Part shown: positions 23,501 to 35,225 of the stretch, piece by piece
Layout: each line of letters starts with the position of its first letter
Numbering within the stretch: position 1 is the first letter of the stretch
Source of the DNA: Vicugna vicugna
Lineage: Eukaryota
Assembly (NCBI GenBank): GCA_013265495.1
Contig: MU057796.1
Location: 62,001 to 126,000, forward strand
Direction: 5' to 3'
Length of the DNA: 64,000 bases
Made by a program: the position numbers and the translations under genes
The notes under the pieces: model-generated
Databases searched by the model: none
Seen by the model: only the letters and a program-made list of their open reading frames with translations
Told to the model about the DNA's origin: nothing

Positions 23501-23975
23501 GTCTTGCTTATATGAATAAATTAGAGTGAAAACCTTTTCAAGTTAAAATGACATTGATGGTTCAAAAATAAATTATAAATAAAGATGAGATTACTTAAAT
23601 GTTTGATTAAGCAAGTTCATGGGGTCCTCCTGGTATATTTTGAAGAAATATTTAAGTGGATTTCTACTATTTAAAAGTCTAAGAACAAAATCTCATTTTA
23701 CAGGCTATTTAGTGGAAAGGGGGAAATTAATATACTGTAGAAAAGTCTTTTTTTGTAAATACAGCCTAAAGTCACCTGCCACAACTAATGCTTTCATACT
23801 TTGTGACTTGAGCAAGTTTAGCATTTTTACCCCACTGTTTCCTGTTTTTACTAGTTAAGCAAAGCTAGCAATTAAAAACCAGTGTCTTACTTTTCAGCAG
23901 TGTGAATTATGGAAACTTGTTCTCAATCTTCTGTATATATCCCAAGTACATTTAATTCTTTGTAAGCCATTACTT

Positions 23976-24124
23976 TTATTTTTTTAATATGTATTAATTG
24001 AAATATAGTCAGTTTACAATGTTGTGTCAATCTCTGGTGTATAGCACAATGCTTCAGTCATATAGGAACATACATGTATTCATTTTTATATTCTTTTTAA
24101 CTGTAAGTTACTATAAGATACTGA
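23976..24124 (-). mobile_element. Short young L1 3'UTR insertion
   Basis: Reverse complement of the L1 3' end seen at 15.2-15.35 kb (attgaaatatagtcagtttacaatgttgtgtcaatctctggtgtatagcac). Perfect 13-bp TSD taagccattactt (23963-23975 / 24125-24137). Confidence 0.92.
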
Positions 24125-24624
24125 TAAGCCATTACTTCTGAGAGCAAGTCACTGAATTTGCTATATAATTTCACCCCCCACAGATGAATTTTTGTTTTGT
24201 TTTAGCTATGTGGATAACTGCCCTCACCCTCGGTATTATTTCTGTCCTGCTTCCTCAAACAAGTTATAAACTTGACTAATTGGAGATTTCATCTCTGACT
24301 CTGTCTCTCTAATTTGGAGGCTCGTAACAAGCTTTGACATATCTTCACAGGCAACAGGACAGAGAAAAGCAATAAGCCGTGTATCCACAGAGTCAGCAAA
24401 TTAGTGAGCATCTGAGACATCAGAATGGCCAGACTTGATTGATTTAATCATCTTTGAACTGCCTTCGTTTCCCCAAAATGATCCGTCTTTGAGCGACTAA
24501 AGAAAAACATGACCCAGAGAGACTTAATGCTGACACGAGCGCAGAGTTTAGTGGTCATTCCAGTTTCTGCTTGTGTGCCCACTGAAGAAGAGTCAGATGC
24601 CCGGGGTCCCATGTGTCTTTGGGG

Positions 24625-25590
24625 TTTTTTAATGGCTTTATTGAGATTAAAGTACACCTACCATTCAGTTCAGCCCCTCAGAGCGTACCATTCAGTGACT
24701 TTGTGTATTCACAGAGCTTGCATCCGTTATCACAATTATAGAACATTTTGATTACCCCCAAAGGAAAGCTCACACCCCTTAGCATCGTCCTCGCCCCTTT
24801 CCTCAGCCCTGGCAACCCCTGATTTACTTTCGATCTCTAGGTATTTGCCTACTCTGGACATTTTATTTAAGTGGAGTCATACAGTCCATGGTCCTTCGGG
24901 ACTGGCTTCTTTCATTCAGTGTAACGTTGTCAAGGTTCACAGTCCAGGTTGTGTACCAGGTATTAGAAATCCATTTCTTTGTATAACCAGATAATAACCA
25001 TTATATGGTTCAGCCCCATTTTATTTACCCATTCATCGGTTGATAGGTATTTATGTTGTCTCCGCTTTTTTGGCTGTAGTAATGTTGCTGTGAACACTTA
25101 CACACACATTTTTGTGTGGACGTGTTTCATTTCACTTGGGTGTATTCCTAGGAGTGGGATTGCTTTTTTGTTTTGTTTTTTGAGGGGAGAGGTAATTAAA
25201 CCTAATTACTAATTAAACCTAATTGTAAATAAATAAATCTATTTATTTATTTTTTTAATGGAGGTGCTGGAGATTGAACCCAGGACCTTGTGCACGCTAA
25301 GCAGGCGCTCTGCCCCTGAGCTGTACCCTCCTCCTTGGAATGGCTCTTAACCATCTGAGAAATGCCAGGTTGTCCTCCTAAGCTCTTGGCCATATTTCGT
25401 TCCCTCTGGCAGTGTCGGGGGATTCCAGTGTCTCCACTTCCCGGTCAGCACACGTTATTGCCCATCTGGGATGGCTCCTAGGATAATAGCCAGCCGCTGT
25501 GGGTGTGAAATGCCAGCTCAGTGTGGTTTTGATTTGCATTTCCCTGACAGCTGTGATACTGAGCGTGGGCTTTCCGTGGGCTTATTCTTA
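24625..25590 (-). mobile_element. Old L1 (L1MB-like) 3' region, interrupted by a SINE
   Basis: ttttttaatggctttattgagat...atttgcctactctggacatttt...gtggttttgatttgcatttccctga is characteristic antisense L1 3' text. Confidence 0.85.
25164..25334 (-). mobile_element. tRNA-Ala-derived camelid SINE (Vic-1-like)
   Basis: Antisense head ggaggtgctggagattgaacccaggacc...gctaagc...ctgagctgtaccctcctcc carries A and B boxes. The family tail and a poly-T tract lie to its left. Confidence 0.9.
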
Positions 25591-25601
25591 TGCTTTAATA
25601 T

Positions 25602-26083
25602 TGTCAGTTACAGTATCCTGACAAACCGATGGCCACTCTTACGGACCTTGGTGAAACTAGTACACAGAAGTATCTATCGTGTCTGTACTGAGCCCTGAAG
25701 CTGGAAAGATCTCTGGGCCCCGCCTCAGTGACATACATGGTAGAAGGGAGGGGAAAACATGTTAACACATAGGTGAAGTGTAGTCTTTGGGGAGCTACGA
25801 TGGGAGAAATTGTGGGCAGGCAGAGAATAGTGGGGTATATGGGAGGAAGGGTTTGGTTCTGCTGGAGAGAAGGGGATTGATCAGGGGAGAAGTCATGAAG
25901 GTGGTGGTGGTTTCTCTGTGAGCAGTTATGTTTTGGGCGTTGAACCAGGAAGGGAGATACAAGGATGGAAAGACTCGGCTCCTGACCGTGCTCGGAGCAG
26001 TCGTCAGCCATCGTGGGTCTCCGTTTTTGATAGTTCAGGTGTTTTACGACACAGCCCTCCCACTGGTGTCTTCCTGCTTTACA
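25602..26083 (-). mobile_element. Probable ERV1-class solo LTR (MER90-like)
   Basis: The minus strand begins tgtaaagcaggaagacaccagtgggagggctgtgtc and ends gtaactgaca (TG...CA termini), ~480 bp. Family assignment is from memory. Confidence 0.55.
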
Positions 26084-26630
26084 GCAACCCTCCTGGCTGG
26101 GGAACGTGCTTTCTCACGTCGGGTAAGAAGGGGGCCAGATACCCCAAAGCAGCTGAACAAGCGCTGTGCCCATCTGGTCCCAAAACTGCTTCTGTTGTTG
26201 TTTTGGAATGCACGCGAGAATCGCTTTTACTGCCATGTTGATAATCTGGGGGGAAAATTGCTTTTGGAATAAAAAAAATGTGATTTGTGATCTTCAAATT
26301 AGGACATATAAAATGACTTCCCGAAGTCCCTGGCATAGGTGAAAATCTTTTTTGCTTTTGGAAAATGTATTACTGTTTGCCTCTGATTAAATGTTTTGAC
26401 TTTCATCTGTTTGTTTGTTTGTTTTTTAGTATTCTTTCTTCTTCTGATAACTTTTACAATGATTCTGGAGAAAAGATAAGCTGCTGTGAAGCATGTCAAT
26501 AAAACCACTTTCTGTACAAATCTCACCTAGAGTGAGTCTGCCTCCTAAAGGCTCTCTAAGATAGTCTTTAAAAGATGCACAGAAGTGACTTCCAGCATCC
26601 TTGATTGGCCCAAATCCTTAGCTATGTTTA

Positions 26631-26968
26631 CAGGCTCAGCTGGGAGATACTGCAGGTTTGGTTCCACACCACCACAGTAACGAACACTGCAGTAAAGCGA
26701 GTCTCACGAGTTTTTTGGTTTCCCGGTACAAATAAAAGTTATTTTTACACTATACTTTTGTCTATTAAGTGTGCCATAGCATGTCTTAAAAAGATAATGT
26801 ACATTGCTTAATTTGAAAGTACTTTATTGCTAAAAAGTGCTAACCATCATCTGACAACCCACAGTTACCCACAGACCTTCTATTTGTAAAACAAACAAAC
26901 AAATAAAAAAACACCACAGTATCTGCTAAGTGCCATAGGGCAAACTGCAAACAAACCACATCTGCTTG
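26631..26968 (-). mobile_element. Internally deleted Tigger1 derivative
   Basis: ta|caggctcagctgggagatactgcaggtttggttccacaccacc ... tctgcttg|ta. Homologous to 793-1254, with TA target duplication. Confidence 0.85.
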
Positions 26969-28105
26969 TACCAAATTTGCAACTCGGACATGATGATCTC
27001 AAAAGCCATATAAAATGATTTAGCTCATTGGTTATGACATTTGATGGCTTAAGGAAAAACAGATTTATATCCTGAAACTCCCAGAGCCTTTCCAGTATCG
27101 CTGATTTTTTTTTCCATCTAAAAAGAGGGTGCTGAGAGATCAGAGCTGTTAAATATTGGCCCCCAATTTCTTTGACTTTATTCTGCTGTAGATAAAATTA
27201 GATCAGGAACAAAGGGTTTTCTGGAAGGCTGCCATGGAAAAAAGAGGCTTTTTTTTTTTTTTTTGCAGGAGTGCCGTGAAATAAGTAAAGCTTAGTTATT
27301 TGTACCAGTGTTTTTGTTAATTAAGTTAACATATCATAATATGTATTTTTGCTCTTAAAAATCACTTTTATTTATAGCATGGGAAAACTTTCACTCCTGG
27401 TCTTTTCTGCTATGAATTATACTCTGTCGTTCACCATAAATACTCCTTTTCTTCTGTCGGCAGACCCGCTCACCGTGCAAAAATGGAAACTGTGCACTCT
27501 GCGTGGCAGTTAGTCCCACTGGGGACACACGGAGTCTGTTTCACATTCTGGCATCACCGCTTTGTAGGTGTAAGACCTTGAGCGTGTCCTTTAACTTCTC
27601 CTATACATCTCTTTGGTAATGTGGAAAATCAGTACATCCACATGCATCCCACGGCTGCTGTGAGGAGTAAATAAGAGAACGTATGGCGTGCGCAGGGCAG
27701 AGCACCTGCGACATGCGACACACCAGTCGTGGTACCTGCAATCAGCGACTTCGGGGTTAAATCCACGTAATGGGAAGAAAGAGTGTTTAAATTCAGATTC
27801 CTCAGACCATCGGGAGACATTTTTGTCGTGGTGAGAACTGACTCCAAAAGCATAAACTTCCCATGTGACTTGTTGGCCGTCTGCGCCTGGGCGTGCAGTG
27901 GGTCAGCCGGGGAGTGATCAGGACAGCTTGTATGCACTGCGGCTGGGCTGCGCCAGGCGCGGCCGGGGGTGGCCGGAGAGGACGGGCCTGTGTTTTCTAG
28001 TTTAGCTCAAGGACAGCCGTGGAAGGCACGTGCTTTTAGTATCTCTGTTATTAGATTTAGAAACAGGCACAGAGAAGTTAAGTAACTTTTCCAGAGTCAC
28101 ATAGT

Positions 28106-28216
28106 TTTTGTTTTTTGGGTTTTGTTTTTTACTTAAAACTTTTTTTTTTTAATTGGTGGTACTGGGAATTGAACCCAGGACTTTGTACACGCTAAATATG
28201 TGCTGTACCCTCCCCG
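28106..28216 (-). mobile_element. Camelid tRNA-Ala SINE, copy 1 of a tandem pair, inserted in a MIR
   Basis: Poly-T tail + aattggtggtactgggaattgaacccagga...tgtaccctcccc. Flanked by ccagagtcacatagt and ccaaagtcagatagt. Confidence 0.85.
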
Positions 28217-28231
28217 CCAAAGTCAGATAGT

Positions 28232-28335
28232 TTTTTGGGTTTTTTAAAATTTCTTTAATTTTTTTTTTAATTGGTGGTACTGAGGATTGGACCCAGGACC
28301 TCAAGCATGCTAAAATACGCTCTGTACCCTCCCTG
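28232..28335 (-). mobile_element. Camelid tRNA-Ala SINE, copy 2 of a tandem pair
   Basis: Poly-T tail + aattggtggtactgaggattggacccaggacc...tgtaccctccc. Followed by a third TSD copy, ccaaagccgcatagt. Confidence 0.85.
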
Positions 28336-30197
28336 CCAAAGCCGCATAGTTAATACAAGTGGCCCGAGAATTAATAACATGGATCTTGTTACATATTGAT
28401 CACTTTTATGTTATTTGGGTGGGCGTGAATTATGATCCCGAAGTTTGTTACAGTTCTCAGAAGGAGGTGGAGTGAGGTAACAAGACTTTATTATATGCTT
28501 GTTCCTATCCTAATACTTTATGTAACATATAACTTATATATTTTAAGTCATTCATTTGTTATCAGGAATGCAACTTTGGTCCATAAAGTGTGAACTTATT
28601 AAATGAATTCTTTAATGGATGAGCTTTATTCACATACTGAGAATAATTTTCACATCTCAACTGGCCACTGGAAATCCACTCTGAAGTAAAGGGGTAGCCA
28701 TCATGTTAAGGCGATCATGGTATTTCTCTTCTCAGTAACAGCTCACATCTGTTATCCTTTTCTATAAATCACTGTTATGTGTTTGACGTTGTCCAGACAC
28801 ATCTATATGATTCACATGGTCAGGACTTAACTTTTCATGCTGCATTCTGATCCTTAACTGTCCTCTGTGGTTGTATCTCTGAATAACCATCCTGGTTTGT
28901 AAATCCCTTTGTGAGGAAAACATTAATCACTTTTTTTTTTGTCTCCTGAGTAAATTAAGCAATGAACACGTGCACTGATCAAAAGGGACCTTTTACCTTT
29001 TCACCCCTTAGAATGAATGTTTTGATTTTAAAGAACTGATACGTTTTTAGTTCGGCTTATTTGAAGAATGAGCATGAGATTTTACTGTGCATAAATTATA
29101 CCCCAGTAAACCTGACTTTTAAAAAGCACAGAAAAGCATAAATATTTGAAATCTCAAGACTAGCAAAGCATCGTATATAATTTCAAAAAAGAGAATTCAC
29201 AAGGGTTTTGTTCTATGTGGTGGATAGTTTGAGATTAGTCTTTTCACGTAATAAATTATTTCAGGGTCCTTTTGGAGAACATCTTTATGAACAGAAAAGA
29301 ATGTTATAGATTGGTTTTCAAGAATAATGGTCTGATTTTATGTAATGCCAGTATTCCTCCAAAGCCAAGAATGATGTTTCTTTGTTTACTTATGCTATGA
29401 AAAAATGTGCTGTCCTGGTTATAATTAATGGCCAGAAAATTTAAGACAAAAGAAAGTGGCTCACTCTTGGCTTGCAGCACTCTGTGAAAAATCACTGATG
29501 GAAGAAGTTTGGGACCCAGATTCAATAGCTTGTGGTGGATTTCTCTCGCTAACCAGAGTCCAGAGTCAAAGGCTGGCTTGGGTGCAGTTGTGCCTTCGAA
29601 ACGCCCTCTGTGTGTCTCCATGGGGCAGCCCTTTGTTATTTCACAGCTCTTCTGGATTATTCAGGGTTTGGTTTTCCAGACCACCTATCACCATATCCTC
29701 CCTGCCTTTGCCCGCCACATCTGACTGCTTCTCAGTAACGTTATTAGAGAAAGTGCAGATTAGTGTTCTTCTCCATCACCAGGTAACGTGCTGGGTGACA
29801 GAGGAAATCAAAATTCGGCTACACTCAGGCTGACATCCACAATCAATTCCACCCCTGTTTCCAAATCCACAAAAAGTCAAGAGCAGGGTGTTTTTGCTCC
29901 ATTATGGTGAACACACAATGCCAAGTTTATGAAAGCGAGCTGTATCTTAGACTGTGAGAGCCGAAAGGACTCGCCAAGGTGAGAGACATGGTCGCTTGGA
30001 CCAGGGAAATAATGAAGAGTTTGGGAGAGTTACTTGGGGATGAGAACCTGGCAGCACTTAGGTGATGATTGGATAGGAGGGAAAGTGAAATGTCAACAGT
30101 TGTTTTGGGCACCGTGTACCCACTAGAAGGCAAAATAAATACAGGGTCTGAAATTGAAAGTACATCAAAATAACTAGAGTCCAGCAAACCCTGTGGT

Positions 30198-30306
30198 TTT
30201 TCTCTCCCCTCCCTCCCCTCTCTCCCCTCCCTCCCCTCCCTCTCTCTCCTCCCCTCTTCCTCATTCTCTCTCCTTCCTTCTCTTTCTCTCCTTCTCTCTC
30301 TCTCTC
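30198..30306. repeat. Polypyrimidine (CT/CCCT) tract
   Basis: About 110 bp almost purely C/T, with repeated ctctcccctccctcccctc units. Confidence 0.93.
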
Positions 30307-33149
30307 ATAATTTTCCTAACTTTCTGGTTCAACTCAGGCAGAAAGATTGGGTGCTTATAAAGAAACTTCAGTCCATAACTTTGGAGATGCCCCAATGTTA
30401 GATCAGTTCCTATTAATATGAAATGGGAGGTGGGAGTTGATATGAACCCTTCCTAAAATATATTGTCTCATTTATATTAAAAGCATACAACTTGAGAGCA
30501 CTTATTTTGAACTCACTGGCGAGATAAAACATGAGCTGGCTCGGTTGCTTCCAGGCACTAAACCGAATGTCTGCATGAATTGCGGTGTTGCTGTAAATAT
30601 TTCCGGGCACAGACAGGTAGATGCAAAAGGAAAAACCTGAACAAATTCTTAGGATGCCAACATTGTCACAAAGTCTCCATGCAGAATGAAGTTGTTTGAC
30701 AAAGTGTTTCCCTGGTGATTTGGCTGCAGATGAAAATGTCTCCGGCAATAAAATTCTGTGCTTGAGTCTTCGCCCAGCACTCATCCGTTAGCAAATGACA
30801 TATCAAGGATCTTTTTTTGCTGTATTAGTTAATATGTTGGCAGAAATAGGTGAAACATTGTTATTCTCCTCAATTTCTGAACATGGATTTTTTTTTTCTA
30901 CTTTTAAACACACATACATTGTGCCAAAATGTTTGTCAGCTCTAAATGTATTACGAATCAATAGGGTTGCATTAGAACAGAGATGAAGTTTTTTATTACA
31001 AGGTTATTTTTTTCTTGGTGACCAGGTCTGAAAGACTTAGAATCATGGGAGCTGCTGTTTGGCTGTCATTTGTGCAGTTTCGGGGAAATTTAAGGGTTGG
31101 CAAGGCAATTTGTGATAAAGCATGTTTTAATTACAGTAAGTGGATAAGCTGCGTACAGCTTTATGAATTAATACATTATTGTTGACTAGGTCACAGTCAC
31201 GTGTGATTTTAATCACAGTTCTTAACCATAGCTGTGGTTTTATTAGCATCGGTGTTTTATAACTTAATAATTTGAACATACTGAATTCAGAACTTCCATT
31301 TGCATGAGACCACAGAAATACTTTACCCCGGCCAGTCGCACTGTTCAGGAGGGACAAGGTCCTTCAGGGTCACATGCGAGTAACTGTCCAAGATCGTTTT
31401 GCATTAAAGGATACTTTTAATAATGAAATCGTTTTACACGGCGTCGTGTTATTCCTGTAGAGGCCAAGTCTGGCTTTCACAAAGTCCTTTATAAATCACA
31501 GTAACTTCACACATATTTCATAAGCATGAATTACCCAGCGAGGTGTCTCCATCCATTCTTTGACTTGTGAAAGCCGTAAGGGATTTGAATTCCTGCCCGA
31601 CTGTAGCATTTTCTTGGCTAACGCAGCCCCCCACCCCCCATCCCGCCAGGCTTCCGTGCGGGTCAGAAGCTGTTCTCTGGACTAGATTGATCTGTGAGTA
31701 TTTTAATGGCATGTGTGTCATTCTTGAGGCTAAGTTTTTGCAGAGCTTCTGGGCATCCTCACCCCTGGGCGTCCATTGCTGTTGTAGAGAAAGCAGTTTC
31801 AACCCATCCCCAAACTAACCTCGCCCGGGGCCCCTGTGAGAACACCCTGGGCCCCTGTCCATTTGCGGGGGCCAGGAAGCTCACACCCAGTGACTGAATC
31901 TCCTTTACAGCAGGCGCAGGGCTGGCTTGCACTTGTCATGAACCCACTGGGGCTTCAGTTTGGAAAGTTATTTGAGGTCAGGATGTGATGTTGGAGAAAC
32001 TTCAGTCTAGGGTGGTCTGTGTAATAAAATGCAGAGATATCAGTAAGTTCTCAGCCAAAAAAAAAAAGTGTTTTATATTTAGATAACCTCAACAGACCTT
32101 GAGAAAACCATTCTCTGACATGCAAGCGTGCATCTCTGGTGTCTAGCCAAGCCCTACAGGGTGTGGTCTCCCAAACTTTATTGACCACAGAACCCTCTTT
32201 GGAAGAGCGTCTTACCCCCCCAGCTTCTTCCTCTATGAAATACACCAATAAAAATACATAAAACCTATTTTAAAAAGTGTATAATTAATACTGTTCTGTC
32301 CATGACACAAATTTTCTCAGTGTAGAAGGAGAAGAAAATGTACGATTTTCAAGCCATAAAGTATCATAAAAATGTTATGGTTACTCTTCTCCTTTGATTT
32401 TATTGTAAATAGAGAGTCAGAGAAATGACATGGCATGTTCATTGCTCAGCATGCAGTGCTCTGGACACGGGTCTCTGCATCCTTTCTTCTTCCTGCCCCA
32501 CTTTCCTCTCTGCTGGGAAAATCTCTTCATTGTTTGAGGAGCTGTGTCCCTAATTGCAGAAAATGATCATTGGTCTGTGGCTGATCTGATTGTTCATTTG
32601 TAATAGTTTTTGCAGTTGTGTTTTTGCCGTCTTAGAAATGCGCACAGCCAGTTATGAATAATGCTTAGAATGACTTTACATTAACACAGACCTATAATGA
32701 TCTGTATGTTCCCTCTGTTTTTCACGTTCAGTGTTTCCAGATTGATTTAAGCTTAAAAAAAAAAAGTAGGGGGAGGGGGTGAAATTCACCACAAATTCCG
32801 CACTTTTACACAGATCCGTGGACAGCACGTACTGCCAGAAACCTCCTGGCGCCACCTGCCTGATGTTTTCCTCTTTCGCTAGTTCACGCTCACAGTTGTA
32901 CATTCGTCAGTGTTTGTTGAATTCATAAGTAAAAGTGCGGACCATAAATGCTATTTCGATCTTATGTGGAGGCAAGACTGAATTGCTTCTCGGTTTGACT
33001 CGGTGCTGTTGACTGTCTTAGGGTGACGGGGATAGCGCAGAGCTCGTCCGTGTTGGTCTCAGCCAGCGTGTCAGTGACGTGACTTACCTGTCATGCCTTC
33101 CTTGCAAGCAGTGGGAGGAACCTGTTCCACTCAGTACAAAGCCTGTTTA

Positions 33150-34900
33150 TTATTCACTTATTCCCTCAACCTGTATTTATGGCATCTATTACTTGCCCTG
33201 GATCCAGCAGGGAGTAAAATCCAATCCCCGTCCTCGTGAAGTTTGCGTTCTCGGGCGGAGAGGCCATCAGGGAACAAACGAATGGGGTTGATGTTAGGTG
33301 GTGAGAAGCGCGAGAGGGTGGAACGCGTCTAGGGGGCCTCAGAGACCTGAAGGTTGCGCAGAAATTTAGGGGGAGAGAGCTCCAGACAGTGGGACCCGCA
33401 AGTGCCCCAGCCTGGGAGAAGCCGGCTTTCAGCCAGCAGGGAGGCCATCGTGAGGTCAAAGAGGTGAGTTTGGTCTGTATTCTCAAGGACACAGGAAGCC
33501 ACTGGTGTGTTTTAAGCAGAAGCTGGTTAATCTTTGAGAAGGATCACTGCTACCAGCAGGTGAGGAGAGCAGAGGAGACAATTCAGAGGCAATTGCAGTG
33601 ACCTGAGCAGAAGAGGGTGGCGTGGCCCATGTGGCGGAGGTGGAAATGATGGGGACTGCTGGGACGCTGGTTATGTATTCGAAGTGGGAGAGGCTGACCA
33701 TTTGCTGGTGAATTGGAGGTGGGATGGAGAGAAGGAAAGGAATCAGGGATGACGTGACGTCATTGCCGAGCAGCTAGAAGTGTGAAGTTGGCAGCAGTAA
33801 AAAGGGGAATCACGGGAGTGGAGCGGATTTGAGAAAAGAGGGCAGTTTGGTGTCAAGGGGGAGCGGCCCTCAGACAGCTGAGAGGAGCGGAGTTTAGCGG
33901 CAGGTGAATCCCCGAATCTGGAGGCAGGACTGGGGTCTTGGCTGGAGAGACAGCTGCATATAGAGTGACTGACAGTCATGTGTCTGGAGGACATTATCTC
34001 AGGAGGGGGTGTCAAGAGAAAAGAAGAGGCCCAGAGCCTGAGCCCCAAGGCACCCTGTGTTGAAGAGTCATTAAAAGGAAAAAAAACCAACATAAGGAAC
34101 TGCCATGCCAGTCATTAAGTGAACCAAGAGGTGGTCCCAGAAACCATGTGCATTAACTGTCCCAAGAGGTGGACGTGATCAGCTTTCCAGTTGCCATTGA
34201 TAACTGGAGTAAGAGAACTTGGACATTGGCTTTGGGGGTTAACGTGGTGGAGGTCTTACTGAGGCCAAGAGCTTGTCTTGGTGATGAAATGAAGTTGCCA
34301 CTGGAAGCTTAGCTTGGAAAGGGTTCACCAGAGATACATCTTTTCAGAGTTTGTTCCAGGTGAAGGCAAGGATGTGGGCAAAGCTGGAGGAGGAGGGTGT
34401 TGGGTTAAGGACTGCTGTTTTTAAGATGGGCACTGGGGACAGACAGGACGCTTTAATGTTGATGTGAATGACTAGCAGAGTGGGGGAAGGGGATGAGTTA
34501 GAAGAGGGTGGGCAGTTGCTGGAGCAGTGTCCTTGTGAAGGTACAAGGGACTGGGATCTGAAATGGAGAGGGGGAGGGGTTGGCCTTGGCTGGGGATCCA
34601 GGCAGTTCATGCAGCGCAGCAGGAATGAGAGCGGGGTTTATGGTACAGGCAGTGGGTAGGTTGGTAAACCCGTGTTGGGACTGAATGGATCTTCTCTTGG
34701 GAGTGTTCTGATTTTCTCAGAGAAATAGGGAGTGAGGTTACTGGCTGAGAGGGAAGATGGAGGGGGAGGCATATAGTCTTAGAGGCCTGAGAAAGAAAAG
34801 AGAGAATAGTAGTTGGCTAGGAGAAAGAGAAAAAAAAAGACTTGAAGAAATGAAGTAGGTTGGCCAGGAGTACAAAGGGCTCCTGGTGATAATCCAGGAG
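33150..34900 (-). mobile_element. L2 LINE, long degraded antisense fragment(s)
   Basis: Begins tattcacttattccctcaacctgtatttatggcatctattacttgcc (antisense L2 3' end). Continues with typical purine-rich L2 body text (tttaagcagaag...ttgagaaggatcact; atttgctggtgaattggaggtgggatg). Confidence 0.7.
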
Positions 34901-34974
34901 AACTGAACTGTCTTCTCCTTCTTCTTGTATCAGGAGAACTTGCCCAGGATATCTGCCAGAAAAATAAATAACCA

Positions 34975-35225
34975 CTATTCCATTGTAGAAATAGACCACC
35001 ACTTACTTATTCATTTAGCATATGATTGGACGTTAATGTCATTTCCAGTCTGGGGCTATTATGCATACAGCTACTGTGAACATTCTCGTGCAAGTCATCG
35101 TATGGACATATGTTTTCGTTTTCCCTCGGTCAGTTCCTAGAAATAGAATCACTGAGGGGCAGAAGAGATCTATATTTAACTTTATAAGAAACTGCCAGTT
35201 TTCTGAAGTGGTCCTGCCAAAGTAA
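34975..35225 (-). mobile_element. Old L1 ORF2 3' fragment
   Basis: tattccattgtagaaatagaccacc...gctactgtgaacattctcgtgcaagtc...ctatatttaactttataagaaactgccag. ORF 35039..35242(-) contains KTYVHTMTCTRMFTVAVCIIAPDWK, which is ORF2p C-terminal like. Confidence 0.85.
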
